A stretch of DNA of 64,000 nt, taken from Candidatus Poriferihabitaceae bacterium (lineage in GTDB: Bacteria > Pseudomonadota > Gammaproteobacteria > Arenicellales > Poriferihabitantaceae). Within the stretch, counting starts at the first letter, position 1, and each line of letters starts with the position of its first letter. Shown one piece after another: positions 42,591-51,511 of this stretch. Both the position numbers and the translations under genes were made by a program. The notes beneath the pieces are model-generated. The model saw only the letters and a program-made list of their open reading frames with translations, made no database searches and was not told the origin of the DNA. Location: positions 2,900,693 to 2,964,692 of the forward strand of contig OZ243931.1 of NCBI GenBank assembly GCA_965214055.1, given 5' to 3'.

Positions 42591-43758
42591 AGATATTCGG
42601 GTTTTTTTTCAGGTATCGATGAATGCCGGCGACAATGGCTTTGGCAATGCGGGTCTGGTATTTGGAGTTTCGAAGCAACTGTTCATCCTTTGCATTGGTA
42701 ATATAGGCCGTTTCCACCAGAATCGACGGAATATCCGGGGACTTGAGCACTGCGAATCCCGCCTGTCCCACATGTTTGCCGTGTATCTTGCCGATCTTGG
42801 ACAATTCCGCCAGCACTTCCCGGCCAAAATCGATGCTGGCGGTAACGGTCTTGGTCATGGACATGTCGAGCAGTACTCCGGCGAGGTCGTTGCCCTTGTC
42901 GGCCAGACTGACCCCCCCTACCAGGTCCGAGGCATTTTCCTTGTTGGCCAGCCATCTTGCCTTTTCACTGGAGGCCCCCCGTTGGGACAGGGCATACACC
43001 GAAGCCCCGCGTACATTCCGGTTCTTGAAGGCATCCGCATGAATGGAGATGAACAAGTCCGCCTGCAGCTCCCGGGCTATCCGTGTACGCTTGCGCAATC
43101 CGACGTAGTAGTCCCCTTTTCGGGTCAGTTCCGCCCGCAGCCCGGGTTCCCGGTTGATCTGGTCCTTCAATTTCCTGGCAATCGTCAGCACCACTTTCTT
43201 TTCCTGGGTCTTCTTGCCCAGTGCTCCCGGGTCTTCGCCACCGTGCCCGGGGTCAATCAGGACCAGCAGTTTCTCTCCTGGCTTCTTCGGCTTTGCCGGC
43301 TCCGGTTTCCTGGGCTTGGACTGCTGCTCGATGATGGCGGCAATGGAATCCCGATGATAGTAGTCCACCACCAGCCGGTACTGGTAGTTGTTCACGGGTT
43401 TCAGTGTCTGGATATAGTAACGGACCGGTTTGTCCAGATCGAAAACCACCCGCAACTTGCTTGAATCAGGGTATCCCAGGCGGATCTGCTTGATAAATGG
43501 GCCGGTGGAGCCCGGCGGGGGTACCGCGCTTTTGAGTCGTGTATCGGGCAGGTCAATCACTACCCTTTGGGGATTCTCCAGGGTAAAGACCTTGTACTGC
43601 ACGGCCCGGTCCATGTCAAAAACGATTCTTGAGCGTTCCGGTGCGTGCCACATTCGGATATCGTGGACGCTGGCGGATTGCACCGGTCCGGCAAACAGGA
43701 CCGCAAGCAACCCGGCCATGAGGAACCAGTGGAAACGCGGACTCACCACCCCGGCCAT
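42580..43758 (-). CDS. amiB: N-acetylmuramoyl-L-alanine amidase (AMIN + amidase_3)
   Basis: Signal peptide, IDPGHGGEDPGA, FISIHADA and FAVLKSPDIPSILVET. Lies between tsaE and mutL. Confidence 0.9.
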   Translation of the reverse strand: MAGVVSPRFHWFLMAGLLAVLFAGPVQSASVHDIRMWHAPERSRIVFDMDRAVQYKVFTLENPQRVVIDLPDTRLKSAVPPPGSTGPFIKQIRLGYPDSSKLRVVFDLDKPVRYYIQTLKPVNNYQYRLVVDYYHRDSIAAIIEQQSKPRKPEPAKPKKPGEKLLVLIDPGHGGEDPGALGKKTQEKKVVLTIARKLKDQINREPGLRAELTRKGDYYVGLRKRTRIARELQADLFISIHADAFKNRNVRGASVYALSQRGASSEKARWLANKENASDLVGGVSLADKGNDLAGVLLDMSMTKTVTASIDFGREVLAELSKIGKIHGKHVGQAGFAVLKSPDIPSILVETAYITNAKDEQLLRNSKYQTRIAKAIVAGIHRYLKKNPNIYAY

Positions 43759-44189
43759 CCGTCGGCACCGTCGGGTTCGGGTCGTATTTCCACTTCCCGC
43801 CCGGTTTCCCGATAACGGATCAGGATTTCCATGTCGGGTTCCGGCAATATCTCCTCCCCCCGTTCCGGCCATTCAATCAGGCAGATGCTTTCCGGGTTGA
43901 CCATATCCCGGACACCAACCATTTCCAGTTCGTCCGTGCTTTCAAGACGATATAAATCCATGTGATAGAATGATTTTCCGCCAATATCATAGAAATCAAC
44001 CAGGGTATACGTGGGGCTTGTGACGGTATTTTTCCATCCAAACCCATTCAGTATCCCCCTCGCCATCGTGGTTTTCCCTGCACCCAGTTCCCCACGCAGG
44101 AACACCAGGTCCCCCCGCTTCAGTGTCTGTGCCACGGACCGGCCAACCGCCAGCATCGAGCTTTCATCCGGAACTTCGATTCGGTACAT
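43743..44189 (-). CDS. tsaE: tRNA threonylcarbamoyladenosine biosynthesis ATPase
   Basis: GELGAGKTT, VTSPTYTL, HMDLYRL and IEWPE. Confidence 0.95.
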   Translation of the reverse strand: MYRIEVPDESSMLAVGRSVAQTLKRGDLVFLRGELGAGKTTMARGILNGFGWKNTVTSPTYTLVDFYDIGGKSFYHMDLYRLESTDELEMVGVRDMVNPESICLIEWPERGEEILPEPDMEILIRYRETGREVEIRPEPDGADGWPGW

Positions 44190-44303
44190 GTATATCAACG
44201 GTTTGTGAACATGGCGGGCCCGGCCAACCCCCTCCAATCCGGCTGGCCTGCAACACGGTGGAATAGTAACACGGACAACCGAAAATCCGCATATCCGCCG
44301 ACG

Positions 44304-45794
44304 CTACCGCTCCCGGGAAACCTGGACCAGCATCCGGGGCAATACGTCGACAATGTCACTGGCTAGAAGGCTGGTCTGGCCCAGATTTTCAGCGGCCTGG
44401 TCGGCGCAGGCCGAATGCAGCCAGACACCGGCCCGGGCCGCATCCGGCAACGGCATGCCCTGCCCCACCAGTGCCCCTACCATGCCGGACAGGACATCCC
44501 CCATGCCGGCACTTGCCATGCCCGGATTGCCGCGGTCACAAACCGTAACCTCATCCGGTCCATCCACCACCAGGGAGCCGGCTCCCTTGAGGATGCAGAC
44601 TCCACCATATCGTTTTGTGATTGCCCTGGCCGCCCCCACGCGGTCATCCTGAACTTCCCGGGTCGGGCAGTGCAACAGCCGGGCCGCTTCTCCCGGATGC
44701 GGGGTCAATATCTGGTTTTCATTTTTTGTCCGGGACCGGGACAGGATATTCAGTCCGTCTGCATCAATGACCAGGGGCAGTCCAAGGGATCGCACCCGCT
44801 CGAAAACGGATTCGCTCCATTGGCCCTGGCCCAGGCCCGGGCCGAGAACCACCACATCACAGCGATGCAGGCTGGCGTCCAGCGCGGACCCGCTCTCCAG
44901 GCATCGGCTCATCAACTCCGGGCAATAGGTCGCCGGCAGGTCCAGATGCTTTCGGGTAGACAGAATCGTCACCAGCCCACTGCCACAGCGAAGGGCCGCC
45001 TCCCCGCACAACAGGACCGCTCCCAGCATCCCGTCATCCCCTCCGGCGACCACCACACTGCCATAGTCCCTCTTGTGGGAATCCACACGACGTTTGGGCA
45101 ACCGGGGGGGAGACATTATCCTGCCCGCCACCGACAGCCGGTCATGCACGGCAACCGGCACATCCAGATCCTCAAAACAGACCGGGCCACATCGTTCTGT
45201 CCCGGGGCCCGTATATAGCCCCAGTTTCTTCCCAATGAACGTAACCGTCATGTCCGCCTGGATGCACGGAGAAAACACGGCCCCGGTATCACTGTCCAGC
45301 CCCGACGGCACATCCAGCGCCACCACCGGGCAGTGGAGTTGGTTCGCCGTTTCGATCAACTGGGCACTCGCACCCGCCGGTGCACGGCTCAACCCGGTAC
45401 CAAACAGGCCATCGACAATGATGCCCGCGGTGCCCAGGACCTCTTCATCCCCCTCCGAGGCTATTTTGCCACCCAGGTCCAGGTACTCCTGGCATGTCCG
45501 GATGGTGTTCCGGGTCCCGGGTGCAAAGGCCGGAACCACCACCACTTCCAGGCCGGCTTTCCGTGCACAGCGCGCCACCACATATCCGTCTCCCCCATTG
45601 TTGCCGGAACCACAGAGCACGACAAAGGGTTCCGGATACCCAAACTGCCGGGTGATCCGGGAAAACGCCCGCAATCCCGCGGTTTTCATCAATGCCAGAC
45701 CGGAAAACCCAAACTCCTCCATGGCGATTCGATCCAGTTCCCGGCATTGCCGGGAGGTATACAACCGATGAGTCGGATTCACCACGGAACTCAT
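44304..45794 (-). CDS. nnr: Bifunctional NAD(P)H-hydrate repair enzyme
   Basis: GSGNNGGDG, DGLFGTG, DVPSG, GPGLG, DADGLN, TPHPGEA and GMGDVL. Confidence 0.95.
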   Translation of the reverse strand: MSSVVNPTHRLYTSRQCRELDRIAMEEFGFSGLALMKTAGLRAFSRITRQFGYPEPFVVLCGSGNNGGDGYVVARCARKAGLEVVVVPAFAPGTRNTIRTCQEYLDLGGKIASEGDEEVLGTAGIIVDGLFGTGLSRAPAGASAQLIETANQLHCPVVALDVPSGLDSDTGAVFSPCIQADMTVTFIGKKLGLYTGPGTERCGPVCFEDLDVPVAVHDRLSVAGRIMSPPRLPKRRVDSHKRDYGSVVVAGGDDGMLGAVLLCGEAALRCGSGLVTILSTRKHLDLPATYCPELMSRCLESGSALDASLHRCDVVVLGPGLGQGQWSESVFERVRSLGLPLVIDADGLNILSRSRTKNENQILTPHPGEAARLLHCPTREVQDDRVGAARAITKRYGGVCILKGAGSLVVDGPDEVTVCDRGNPGMASAGMGDVLSGMVGALVGQGMPLPDAARAGVWLHSACADQAAENLGQTSLLASDIVDVLPRMLVQVSRER

Positions 45795-45974
45795 TCACCG
45801 GGTCCTGGGGAGGATGTCAACGTACCGGGCATCCCCCGTCATCCGGGTTGGACAGTGGGAAACTCACTCCCTGCTCCAACAATCATCCGCGCCTCCCTCA
45901 GAAGAACCCGTCAGACCGCCGCACAGGCCCATCCCGGGTACAAACTCCCTGGCCATCCACCGGTAAAACGCGAA

Positions 45975-46799
45975 TCAACCCAAATGGTCCCGAAAAAATC
46001 CAACGGTCCTTTCCCAGGCAAGTGCCGCATCGTCCTCGTCATACCGTGCGCTGGTGGGGTTCGCAAAGCCATGGTCCGCCTCGTACCAGTGAACCGAGAG
46101 CCCCTGGTCCTTTCCGGCGTCGGCCATGGAAAACTCGAATCCGTCCACCATTTTGGCGCTGATCCAGCCATCCCGGGTGGCAAAATGTCCCATCACTGGA
46201 CCGTGCAGAGCCTCCAGCGTGGCAACCTCATGATCCACCCTGCCATAGTAGATCACCGTTGCATCCACGGGGGTTGCCGCTGACGCATTGAGGGACCACC
46301 CTCCCCCAAAGCACCAGCCTACCGTGCCCACTTTTCCGTTCGTCGCAGGATGCCGTCGCAACCAGTCTACCCAGCTTACCAGCGTGTCGGTGGCTTCGCC
46401 GGGGTTGACCGCCTGCATCAATGCCCGGGCCTTGTCCGGCTTCGTCTCCACCGCTCCCTGGTACAAATCCACCGCAAGGGCGACGAACCCGAGATTCGCA
46501 AATTCTGCCGCGACGGTTTTGATCTGATCATTCAGGCCCCACCATTCATGAATTAACAGCACAGCCGGGGCCTTGTCTGCAGCAGGCATCGCCAGTGCTG
46601 CGGAAACGGACCGACCATTTTGAGTGGTGATGGAAATGGACTCGGTACTCGCCGCCGCGGCACGACTCAAGGCCGGAACCGCGAGCACGGTCGCGAGCGG
46701 CAGGCTCACCAGGCCCTGGACAAATGCCCGGCGTGTTTGGTTGGAAACCCGGATCCCGGGGAGAGAATGCCTGGTACCACAACGCGTTACATCACACAT
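45975..46799 (-). CDS. Dienelactone hydrolase family protein with probable Tat signal
   Basis: TRRAFVQG signal, HEWWGLN, nucleophile motif GWCFGG and HGFANP. Confidence 0.88.
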   Translation of the reverse strand: MCDVTRCGTRHSLPGIRVSNQTRRAFVQGLVSLPLATVLAVPALSRAAAASTESISITTQNGRSVSAALAMPAADKAPAVLLIHEWWGLNDQIKTVAAEFANLGFVALAVDLYQGAVETKPDKARALMQAVNPGEATDTLVSWVDWLRRHPATNGKVGTVGWCFGGGWSLNASAATPVDATVIYYGRVDHEVATLEALHGPVMGHFATRDGWISAKMVDGFEFSMADAGKDQGLSVHWYEADHGFANPTSARYDEDDAALAWERTVGFFRDHLG

Positions 46800-46884
46800 G
46801 GTCTCCTCCTGTTCAATGGATTGTTTTCAGTGATTCGGGCCAGCAGGGGGTTCCGGAACCCTCCATTCACTGGCCTGGCGGAAC

Positions 46885-48618
46885 TCAGTCTGCCCCATAT
46901 TCTTCCTGGCGGATATTATACAGCGTTTTCATGTACGCCCGGATGATGCTCGCTTCATACACGACTCCCACCAGTGTACCCCGGCCATCCGATGACACCA
47001 CCGGCACACTTTCCCCGACAAAGTTCTGGATCTGTTCCATCGCAGCCCATATCGTCGTATCCGTGGACAGGATGATGTCTTCCTTTTCCTGGTACCGCCC
47101 GCAGGGGTCCTCCATGGAATTCGCCCCGCTGCCGTACCCGGTCAACTGCAGCGTGGTAATGGTTCCCAGATAGATGTCCTCCCCGTCAATAATATAGCCT
47201 TCGCTTTTTCCTTCTTCATGCATCCGGGCCAACAGGGCTCCCAGGGTTGTCTGCGGGCTGGCGGTGACATAGTCACTGGAGAGAAAATCGGATATTTCGC
47301 GGTGGTCCAGCACGGCCTGGTCCCGGCCCAGGGACAGATCAAACCCCCTTCTCTTTAACTGGATATCAAAAATGGACCGGCCCACCAGCCGGTATCCCAC
47401 CAGGTTGGCAAAAACCACACTGATCATTGCGGCGATCGTCAATTCATAGTTTCGGGTGAGTTCAAAGACAATCAGTATGGCCGTCAACGGTGCGCCGATC
47501 ACCGGGCTGGTCACGGCCACCATGCCGCAAATCGCATACACGACAATGGATGAAAAATGCTCAATCATGAACAATGGGACCAGATTCCCCACGAATGCCC
47601 CGAACAGAACCCCCACCATGAGCGCCGGACTGAAGATCCCGCCTGCAAACCCAAATCCCAGACAAAGGGCCGTCATCGCCATTTTAGCGATCAGGATATA
47701 AAGCAATTCGTAATCGGTATAGGCAGACAGAATACTGTTCCGCAACACGGAGCCGCCGATGCCCAGCACTTCCGGAACCCAGATGGAAACAACGCCCAGC
47801 AGGGCCCCGGCCAATGCGGGCTTGAGGTAACCGGGAATATGGATTTTCGCGGCCACCGACCCGGCCGCCAGCACCAGCCTTATGAACAATGCGGCCACAC
47901 CGGCCCCCATGATGCCGATGGCAATAAAGATCAGGAATTCCGGAGATTGAATCGGTGTCAGGAATTCAATTCGAAACAGCGGGGGCAACTCAATCACATA
48001 GTTGGCAAACAGGTATCCCGTCACCGCAGATACAGTGACCGGCGCAAATACCTTCAGCGAATAATGTCGCAGAATCACTTCATGGGCAAATATCAGGCCA
48101 GCAATGGGGGCATTGAAAATGGTTGCAATGGCCGCTGCCGCACCACAGCCAATTCCCATGGTTCCGGTAAAACCGGTTTTCCGGGTGAACCGGCTGATGG
48201 ATACCCCAAGGGTGGCTCCCATATGGGCCAATGGTCCGTACTGGCCCACTGAGGCACCGCTGCCAATGGCCACCATGCTCGCCAGGGCCGTCGCCATGCC
48301 GCTCTTCAAGGGCGCATCCGAACTCAGGGTCTGCGTGGATTGAATGGTATCCGCCAGGTTGAGGGGTCTTTTTTCCCGGTTCGTCATGCAGATCAAGCCC
48401 ACGACCAGACCGCCCGCAGCGGGAACCAGAATGGAGAAGATCACAAACCAGGACTCCCCGGCCAGCTTCTTCCGGTCTGCCACATCGACCATGAACAACT
48501 CGTTCAGATAACCCACCACCTCAACGAACAGTATGGCCGCCAACGAAGCAATGACCCCGACCACCGCGCCAAACAGGGCGATTGCGAAAATTCGATAGAA
48601 CAGGGTCAGGACATTCAT
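46885..48618 (-). CDS. CLC-family chloride channel homologue with C-terminal CBS pair
   Basis: FNAPIAG, GGIFSP, GAPLTAILIVFELT and a CBS-like tail. Canonical GREGP reads GQYGP. Confidence 0.88.
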   Translation of the reverse strand: MNVLTLFYRIFAIALFGAVVGVIASLAAILFVEVVGYLNELFMVDVADRKKLAGESWFVIFSILVPAAGGLVVGLICMTNREKRPLNLADTIQSTQTLSSDAPLKSGMATALASMVAIGSGASVGQYGPLAHMGATLGVSISRFTRKTGFTGTMGIGCGAAAAIATIFNAPIAGLIFAHEVILRHYSLKVFAPVTVSAVTGYLFANYVIELPPLFRIEFLTPIQSPEFLIFIAIGIMGAGVAALFIRLVLAAGSVAAKIHIPGYLKPALAGALLGVVSIWVPEVLGIGGSVLRNSILSAYTDYELLYILIAKMAMTALCLGFGFAGGIFSPALMVGVLFGAFVGNLVPLFMIEHFSSIVVYAICGMVAVTSPVIGAPLTAILIVFELTRNYELTIAAMISVVFANLVGYRLVGRSIFDIQLKRRGFDLSLGRDQAVLDHREISDFLSSDYVTASPQTTLGALLARMHEEGKSEGYIIDGEDIYLGTITTLQLTGYGSGANSMEDPCGRYQEKEDIILSTDTTIWAAMEQIQNFVGESVPVVSSDGRGTLVGVVYEASIIRAYMKTLYNIRQEEYGAD

Positions 48619-48702
48619 CCCGTTTTACAAGGCCCCCTCATCCTGGTGTTTCGGACAACCGGCACAATCAGACTGGCACTCAACCGTAACATGGTGCCCC
48701 CA

Positions 48703-49299
48703 CTATACACCCTGAACCGATAAAAATCCCCGGTACAGGAGATAAACCCCGAAACCCGCCAACAGCAACGCATTGATCACTGCAAATTTTCCCTTTGCCA
48801 GCCTGGCACCCTGCCGGCCGATGATCCCCCAGAAGTAGATGCCGAAAAGAAACAGGGGCATGCCAATGAGAAAGAAGATGACGATATTGAGATACAGGTT
48901 TGAGGTGTAGGTTGCCGCGAGGAACCCGGCGGGGATGACAGACCATACCTTGGGACTTGACCAGGAAACCAGCGCCATCATTTTCCAGTTGAAATCGAAC
49001 CCTTCCCCCGTGCCGCCCCGGCTTTGTCCCGTTTTGTACGCCATGTAGAAAATCACCATGGCACCGACAAAATACAGGACGGTATACACACCTTCATGGA
49101 TATTTCCCGCTGTCCCCACGATCAGGCCAATGATGGCATTGAGCGGGAACCAGGAAACCAGGCAGTAGAAGAGAAAGTTCCGGTACAGAACCACGAAGGA
49201 GGTGTCCCTGGCGGCGTTCATGACAGCGACCCAGTACGGACCAATGGTGAACACAAAGGTACTCCAGAATACGAAAGTGGCAATTACGGGTTCGTACAT
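48703..49299 (-). CDS. LysE/RhtB-like translocator
   Basis: ~200-aa, ~6-TM protein with TIGP (PGP-like), GA..I.YMAYK and SPK (NPK-like) motifs. Confidence 0.7.
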   Translation of the reverse strand: MYEPVIATFVFWSTFVFTIGPYWVAVMNAARDTSFVVLYRNFLFYCLVSWFPLNAIIGLIVGTAGNIHEGVYTVLYFVGAMVIFYMAYKTGQSRGGTGEGFDFNWKMMALVSWSSPKVWSVIPAGFLAATYTSNLYLNIVIFFLIGMPLFLFGIYFWGIIGRQGARLAKGKFAVINALLLAGFGVYLLYRGFLSVQGV

Positions 49300-49338
49300 T
49301 GAAAACGCTCGCGGGTACGGCGGAAAAAAGGGAACGGC

Positions 49339-50286
49339 CTACGGTTGGCGCTGTCTCGCGATGAGACCCGATACCGTGGCGGCTATCCGGGCCGCCACCA
49401 GGGCTCCGCGCCCCCCGACATCGGCATCGGGCATCAACTCAACCAGGTTAAAACCGACAATCCTGGCCTTTCTGGCCACTTGCCGAAACAGCGCAATCAC
49501 CTCCCAGTAGGAAAAACCCCCGGGTGCAGGTCCAATCACTGCAGGAACCATGGAGGGGTCCATGACATCAATGTCCAGGGCAATATAAACCCGGGCACCC
49601 GTCGGGATCCTCTCAACCACCGCTTCCAACCCCTGCCCCGCCACCTGGTGCATGGGGAAGAACTTCACGCCCCAGTCCAGGGCATCCTCGATATCCCCCG
49701 GCCGGGCACTGCCCAGCCCCCTTGCTCCGACCTGGATGATTTCTTCCACCCAGGGCATTTCCGAGGCCCGGCGCATATTGCTCGACAGGCCAAACCGCTC
49801 ACCCTGCACTTCATCTCGCCAGTCGGCATGGGCATCCAGCTGCAGGATGGTAACGGGACCGAAATTCTCATACGCCTGCAGTACCGGGATGGGAACGGAA
49901 TCATCGCCCCCCAGTACCACCGGCACCGACCGGCTCTCCAGTACGCGGTGTATGGCCTCCCTGATCCGTTTCCGGTTGCCGGCGAAGTCGGATTCGCTGC
50001 AGGCCAGGTTCCCGCAATCCACGGCCCGACCGGCTTCACCCAGCAGGGGTCCCCCGAGATCAAAATCATGGTGCTGCAAAACCCCGGGCCAGCCAAGCGC
50101 CCTTCGTATGGCCTCCGGCGCTCCGGCACAGTACGCCCCCACCGAGGCATAGGAGGTGGCCACCGGAACGCCCAGGACGGCAATATCCGCCCCATCGAGA
50201 TGGTCCACGGACCCGGCAGGAAAATCAGAAAATCCCCGCATCTGGCGACCGCCAAACAGGGTTTGCATATCGGGTTTGTCTTGCAT
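49339..50286 (-). CDS. Ureohydrolase (agmatinase/arginase superfamily), non-canonical active site
   Basis: GAPEAIR, GGDDS, DAHAD, QVGARG, DIDVMDP and VELMP. Confidence 0.88.
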   Translation of the reverse strand: MQDKPDMQTLFGGRQMRGFSDFPAGSVDHLDGADIAVLGVPVATSYASVGAYCAGAPEAIRRALGWPGVLQHHDFDLGGPLLGEAGRAVDCGNLACSESDFAGNRKRIREAIHRVLESRSVPVVLGGDDSVPIPVLQAYENFGPVTILQLDAHADWRDEVQGERFGLSSNMRRASEMPWVEEIIQVGARGLGSARPGDIEDALDWGVKFFPMHQVAGQGLEAVVERIPTGARVYIALDIDVMDPSMVPAVIGPAPGGFSYWEVIALFRQVARKARIVGFNLVELMPDADVGGRGALVAARIAATVSGLIARQRQP

Positions 50287-50391
50287 TGGCCGGAAAATAA
50301 AATTTTGGAGTATATAGGGACTTCGCGTATGATTCTTGATATCTTCGCTAACCGGTTGGGCCGGGTGCTTTCGCAAACAGTGTTACCCACC

Positions 50392-51462
50392 ATGAATGAT
50401 CATAACCTCAAAGACCTGGCTGGACAAATCCGGGCCTGGGGGCGGCAACTCGGTTTCGCTCATACCGCGGTCTCGGATGTGGACCTCTCCCGCTGTGAGA
50501 CCAGGCTGGCAGAATGGCTGCGGTCAGGATTTCACGGGAAAATGGAGTACATGGCCCGACACGGGGTCAAAAGGACCCGCCCGGAGGAACTGGTTCCCGG
50601 CACACTGCGGGCCATCACGGTCAGGATGGACTATCTGGATCAACATTCCGCCTGTGCGGAAAAAATCCTGAACCAGCCGGAAAAAGCGTATATTTCCCGA
50701 TACGCACTGGGCCGGGACTACCATAAGCTGATCCGAAAACGACTCCAGACCCTGGCAGACCGGATTTCCGGAGAGGTGGGGAAATTCGGCTATCGGGCAT
50801 TTTGCGACAGTGCCCCGGTAATGGAAAAGGCCCTGGCGGAAAAGTCCGGACAGGGATGGCAGGGCAAGCATACCAACATACTCAACCGGGAATCCGGGTC
50901 CTGGTTTTTCCTGGGCGAACTGTATACCGACCTTCCTCTTCCCGTGGACCCCCCGGTCACCCCGCATTGCGGCCGCTGCCAGGCCTGCATGGATATTTGC
51001 CCAACCAACGCCATTGTCGCCCCGTACCGGCTCGATGCCAGACGCTGTATTTCCTATCTGACCATTGAGCTGAAAGGATCCATCCCCCCGGAATTCAGAA
51101 AACCCCTGGGCAACCGGATATTCGGTTGTGATGATTGCCAGCTCGTCTGTCCCTGGAACAAATATGCGAAATGGACGGATGAAGTGGATTTCCAGCCCAG
51201 GCACCAGCTTGATAACCGCAACCTGGTGGAATTGTTCCGATGGGAAGAGGATACCTTCCTGAAAAAGACGGAAGGGTCGGCCATCCGCAGAATCGGCCAC
51301 ATCCGCTGGTTGAGAAATATCGCCATCGCCCTTGGCAATGCACGGCACGAAACAGGCATCGTCCAGGCCCTGCGCACCCGGGCCGGACATTCATCGGAAA
51401 TTGTCCGGGAATCCGTTGGCTGGGCACTGGAACAGCAACTGGCCAAGTCCCTGGAAAAATGA
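50392..51462 (+). CDS. queG: Epoxyqueuosine reductase
   Basis: ISRYALGRDYHK, DSAPVMEK, GSWFFLGE, CGRCQACMDICPT, CISYLTIE and GCDDCQLVCPWN. Confidence 0.96.
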   Translation: MNDHNLKDLAGQIRAWGRQLGFAHTAVSDVDLSRCETRLAEWLRSGFHGKMEYMARHGVKRTRPEELVPGTLRAITVRMDYLDQHSACAEKILNQPEKAYISRYALGRDYHKLIRKRLQTLADRISGEVGKFGYRAFCDSAPVMEKALAEKSGQGWQGKHTNILNRESGSWFFLGELYTDLPLPVDPPVTPHCGRCQACMDICPTNAIVAPYRLDARRCISYLTIELKGSIPPEFRKPLGNRIFGCDDCQLVCPWNKYAKWTDEVDFQPRHQLDNRNLVELFRWEEDTFLKKTEGSAIRRIGHIRWLRNIAIALGNARHETGIVQALRTRAGHSSEIVRESVGWALEQQLAKSLEK

Positions 51463-51511
51463 GGGGCTGCCCTGCGGTAATCAACCACCACCCCCAAAGC
51501 GGAAATTAATC

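Noticed and set aside
50290-50390. Guanidine riboswitch upstream of the ureohydrolase
   Set aside because: The spacer is short and AT-rich, with no paired ACGR-loop hairpins or ykkC-like consensus visible.
49345-50391. 705-aa ORF suggesting a QueG fusion
   Set aside because: The upstream half is the antisense frame of the ureohydrolase. QueG starts at ATG 50392.
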